Of a stretch of DNA of 64,000 nucleotides, positions 63,217-64,000 are shown piece after piece. Every line of letters begins with the position of its first letter. Position 1 is the stretch's first letter. The notes beneath the pieces were generated by a model. That model saw nothing but the letters and a program-made list of their open reading frames with translations, was not told the DNA's origin and did not search any database. The stretch is from an uncultured Mycolicibacterium sp. (GTDB taxonomy: Bacteria > Actinomycetota > Actinomycetes > Mycobacteriales > Mycobacteriaceae). The stretch is from NCBI RefSeq assembly GCF_964000695.1, contig NZ_CAXEZH010000097.1. One strand, 5' to 3'. The position numbers and the translations under genes were made by a program.

Positions 63217-64000
63217 GTGCTGCTTTCGTTGTCGGGTCGGACGTTTCTGGTCACCGGAGGTGGCAGCGGAATCGGCAAGGGTGCCGCGGCCGCCATCGTC
63301 GCGTCGGGTGGCAACGCCGTCCTGGCCGGCCGCAACGCCGACAAGCTGGCCGCCGCGGCCGAGGAGATCGGCGGGCAGGCCGGAGACGGCGCAGGTGAGG
63401 TCATCTACGAACCCGCCGACGTGACCGACGAGGACGAGGCGGCGCGTCTGGTGGAAGCGGCGACGGCGTGGCACGGCCGGCTCGACGGCGTCGTGCACAG
63501 CGCCGGCGGCTCGGAGACCATCGGGCCGATCACCCAGATCGACTCCGCGGCGTGGCGCAACACCGTCGACCTGAACATCAACGGCACGATGTACGTGCTC
63601 AAGCACGCCGCCCGCGAGATGGTCCGCAACGGGGGAGGCTCGTTCATCGGGATCTCCTCGATCGCCTCGAGCAACACCCACCGCTGGTTCGGCGCCTACG
63701 GGCCCAGCAAGGCCGCGCTGGATCACCTGATGATGGTGGCCGCCGACGAGCTCGGCCCGTCGTCGGTGCGGGTGAACGGAATCCGGCCGGGTCTGACCCG
63801 CACCGACATGGTGGCCCCGATCATGGAGTCGCCCGCGGTCAGCGACGACTACCGGGCGTGCACGCCGCTGCCGCGGCTCGGCGAGGTGGAGGACATCGCC
63901 AACCTGGCGGTGTTTCTGCTCAGTGACGCCGCCAGTTTCATCACCGGCCAGATCATCAACGTCGACGGCGGGCACGGGCTGCGCCGCGGGCCGGACCTGT
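63217..64000 (+). CDS. SDR oxidoreductase (3' end beyond the window)
   Basis: GTG 63217 follows GAAGGGG. FLVTGGGSGIGKGAA, YGPSKAAL, VNVDGGH. No stop before the window end, so it is absent from the ORF track. Confidence 0.8.
   Translation, partial: MLLSLSGRTFLVTGGGSGIGKGAAAAIVASGGNAVLAGRNADKLAAAAEEIGGQAGDGAGEVIYEPADVTDEDEAARLVEAATAWHGRLDGVVHSAGGSETIGPITQIDSAAWRNTVDLNINGTMYVLKHAAREMVRNGGGSFIGISSIASSNTHRWFGAYGPSKAALDHLMMVAADELGPSSVRVNGIRPGLTRTDMVAPIMESPAVSDDYRACTPLPRLGEVEDIANLAVFLLSDAASFITGQIINVDGGHGLRRGPDL

Noticed and set aside
62179-63975. 598-aa minus-strand ORF
   Set aside because: It is antisense to the enoyl-CoA hydratase and SDR genes, with shadow-ORF composition.

Overview
High-GC, Mycobacteriaceae-type chromosomal segment carrying the KstR-controlled cholesterol/steroid catabolism island and the complete mce4 sterol importer. 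From memory, gene order is collinear with, and inverted relative to, M. tuberculosis H37Rv Rv3538 down to Rv3489: hsd4B-kstD / hsaEGF, the Rv3531c-Rv3529c homologs, Rv3527-kshA, the Rv3521 homolog with ltp4-ltp3, the Rv3520c and Rv3519 homologs, cyp142, echA19 / fadD19, fadD17-fadE27-fadE26 / fdxD-hsd4A, yrbE4AB-mce4ABCDEF-mam4AB, then otsA. I found ten KstR-type operators (TnnAACnnGTTnnA) by eye, almost all in divergent promoter gaps. Four blocks interrupt the conserved backbone. (1) 0.2-3.9 kb holds an MPT63-like repeat protein and a PGRS-type glycine-rich protein with no PE domain. (2) 9.3-17.8 kb holds a hemophore-like protein, hemolysin III, the RqlH helicase, a TetR regulator with an unknown/SDR/P450 operon, and an IclR regulator. 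(3) 22.6-27.7 kb holds MFS-TetR, then a P450-TetR pair behind a 33-bp inverted-repeat pair, then an extra LLM oxidoreductase. (4) 36.8-44.6 kb holds an NMO-like enzyme, a ThDP enzyme, an LpqN-type lipoprotein and a second KshA/KstD/acyl-CoA ligase set joined by codon overlaps to the fadE26 operon. I recognised no rRNA, tRNA, CRISPR array, transposase or prophage genes. Many long antisense ORFs in the track are typical high-GC artefacts and were rejected. All homology calls come from motif and sequence memory, not database searches.
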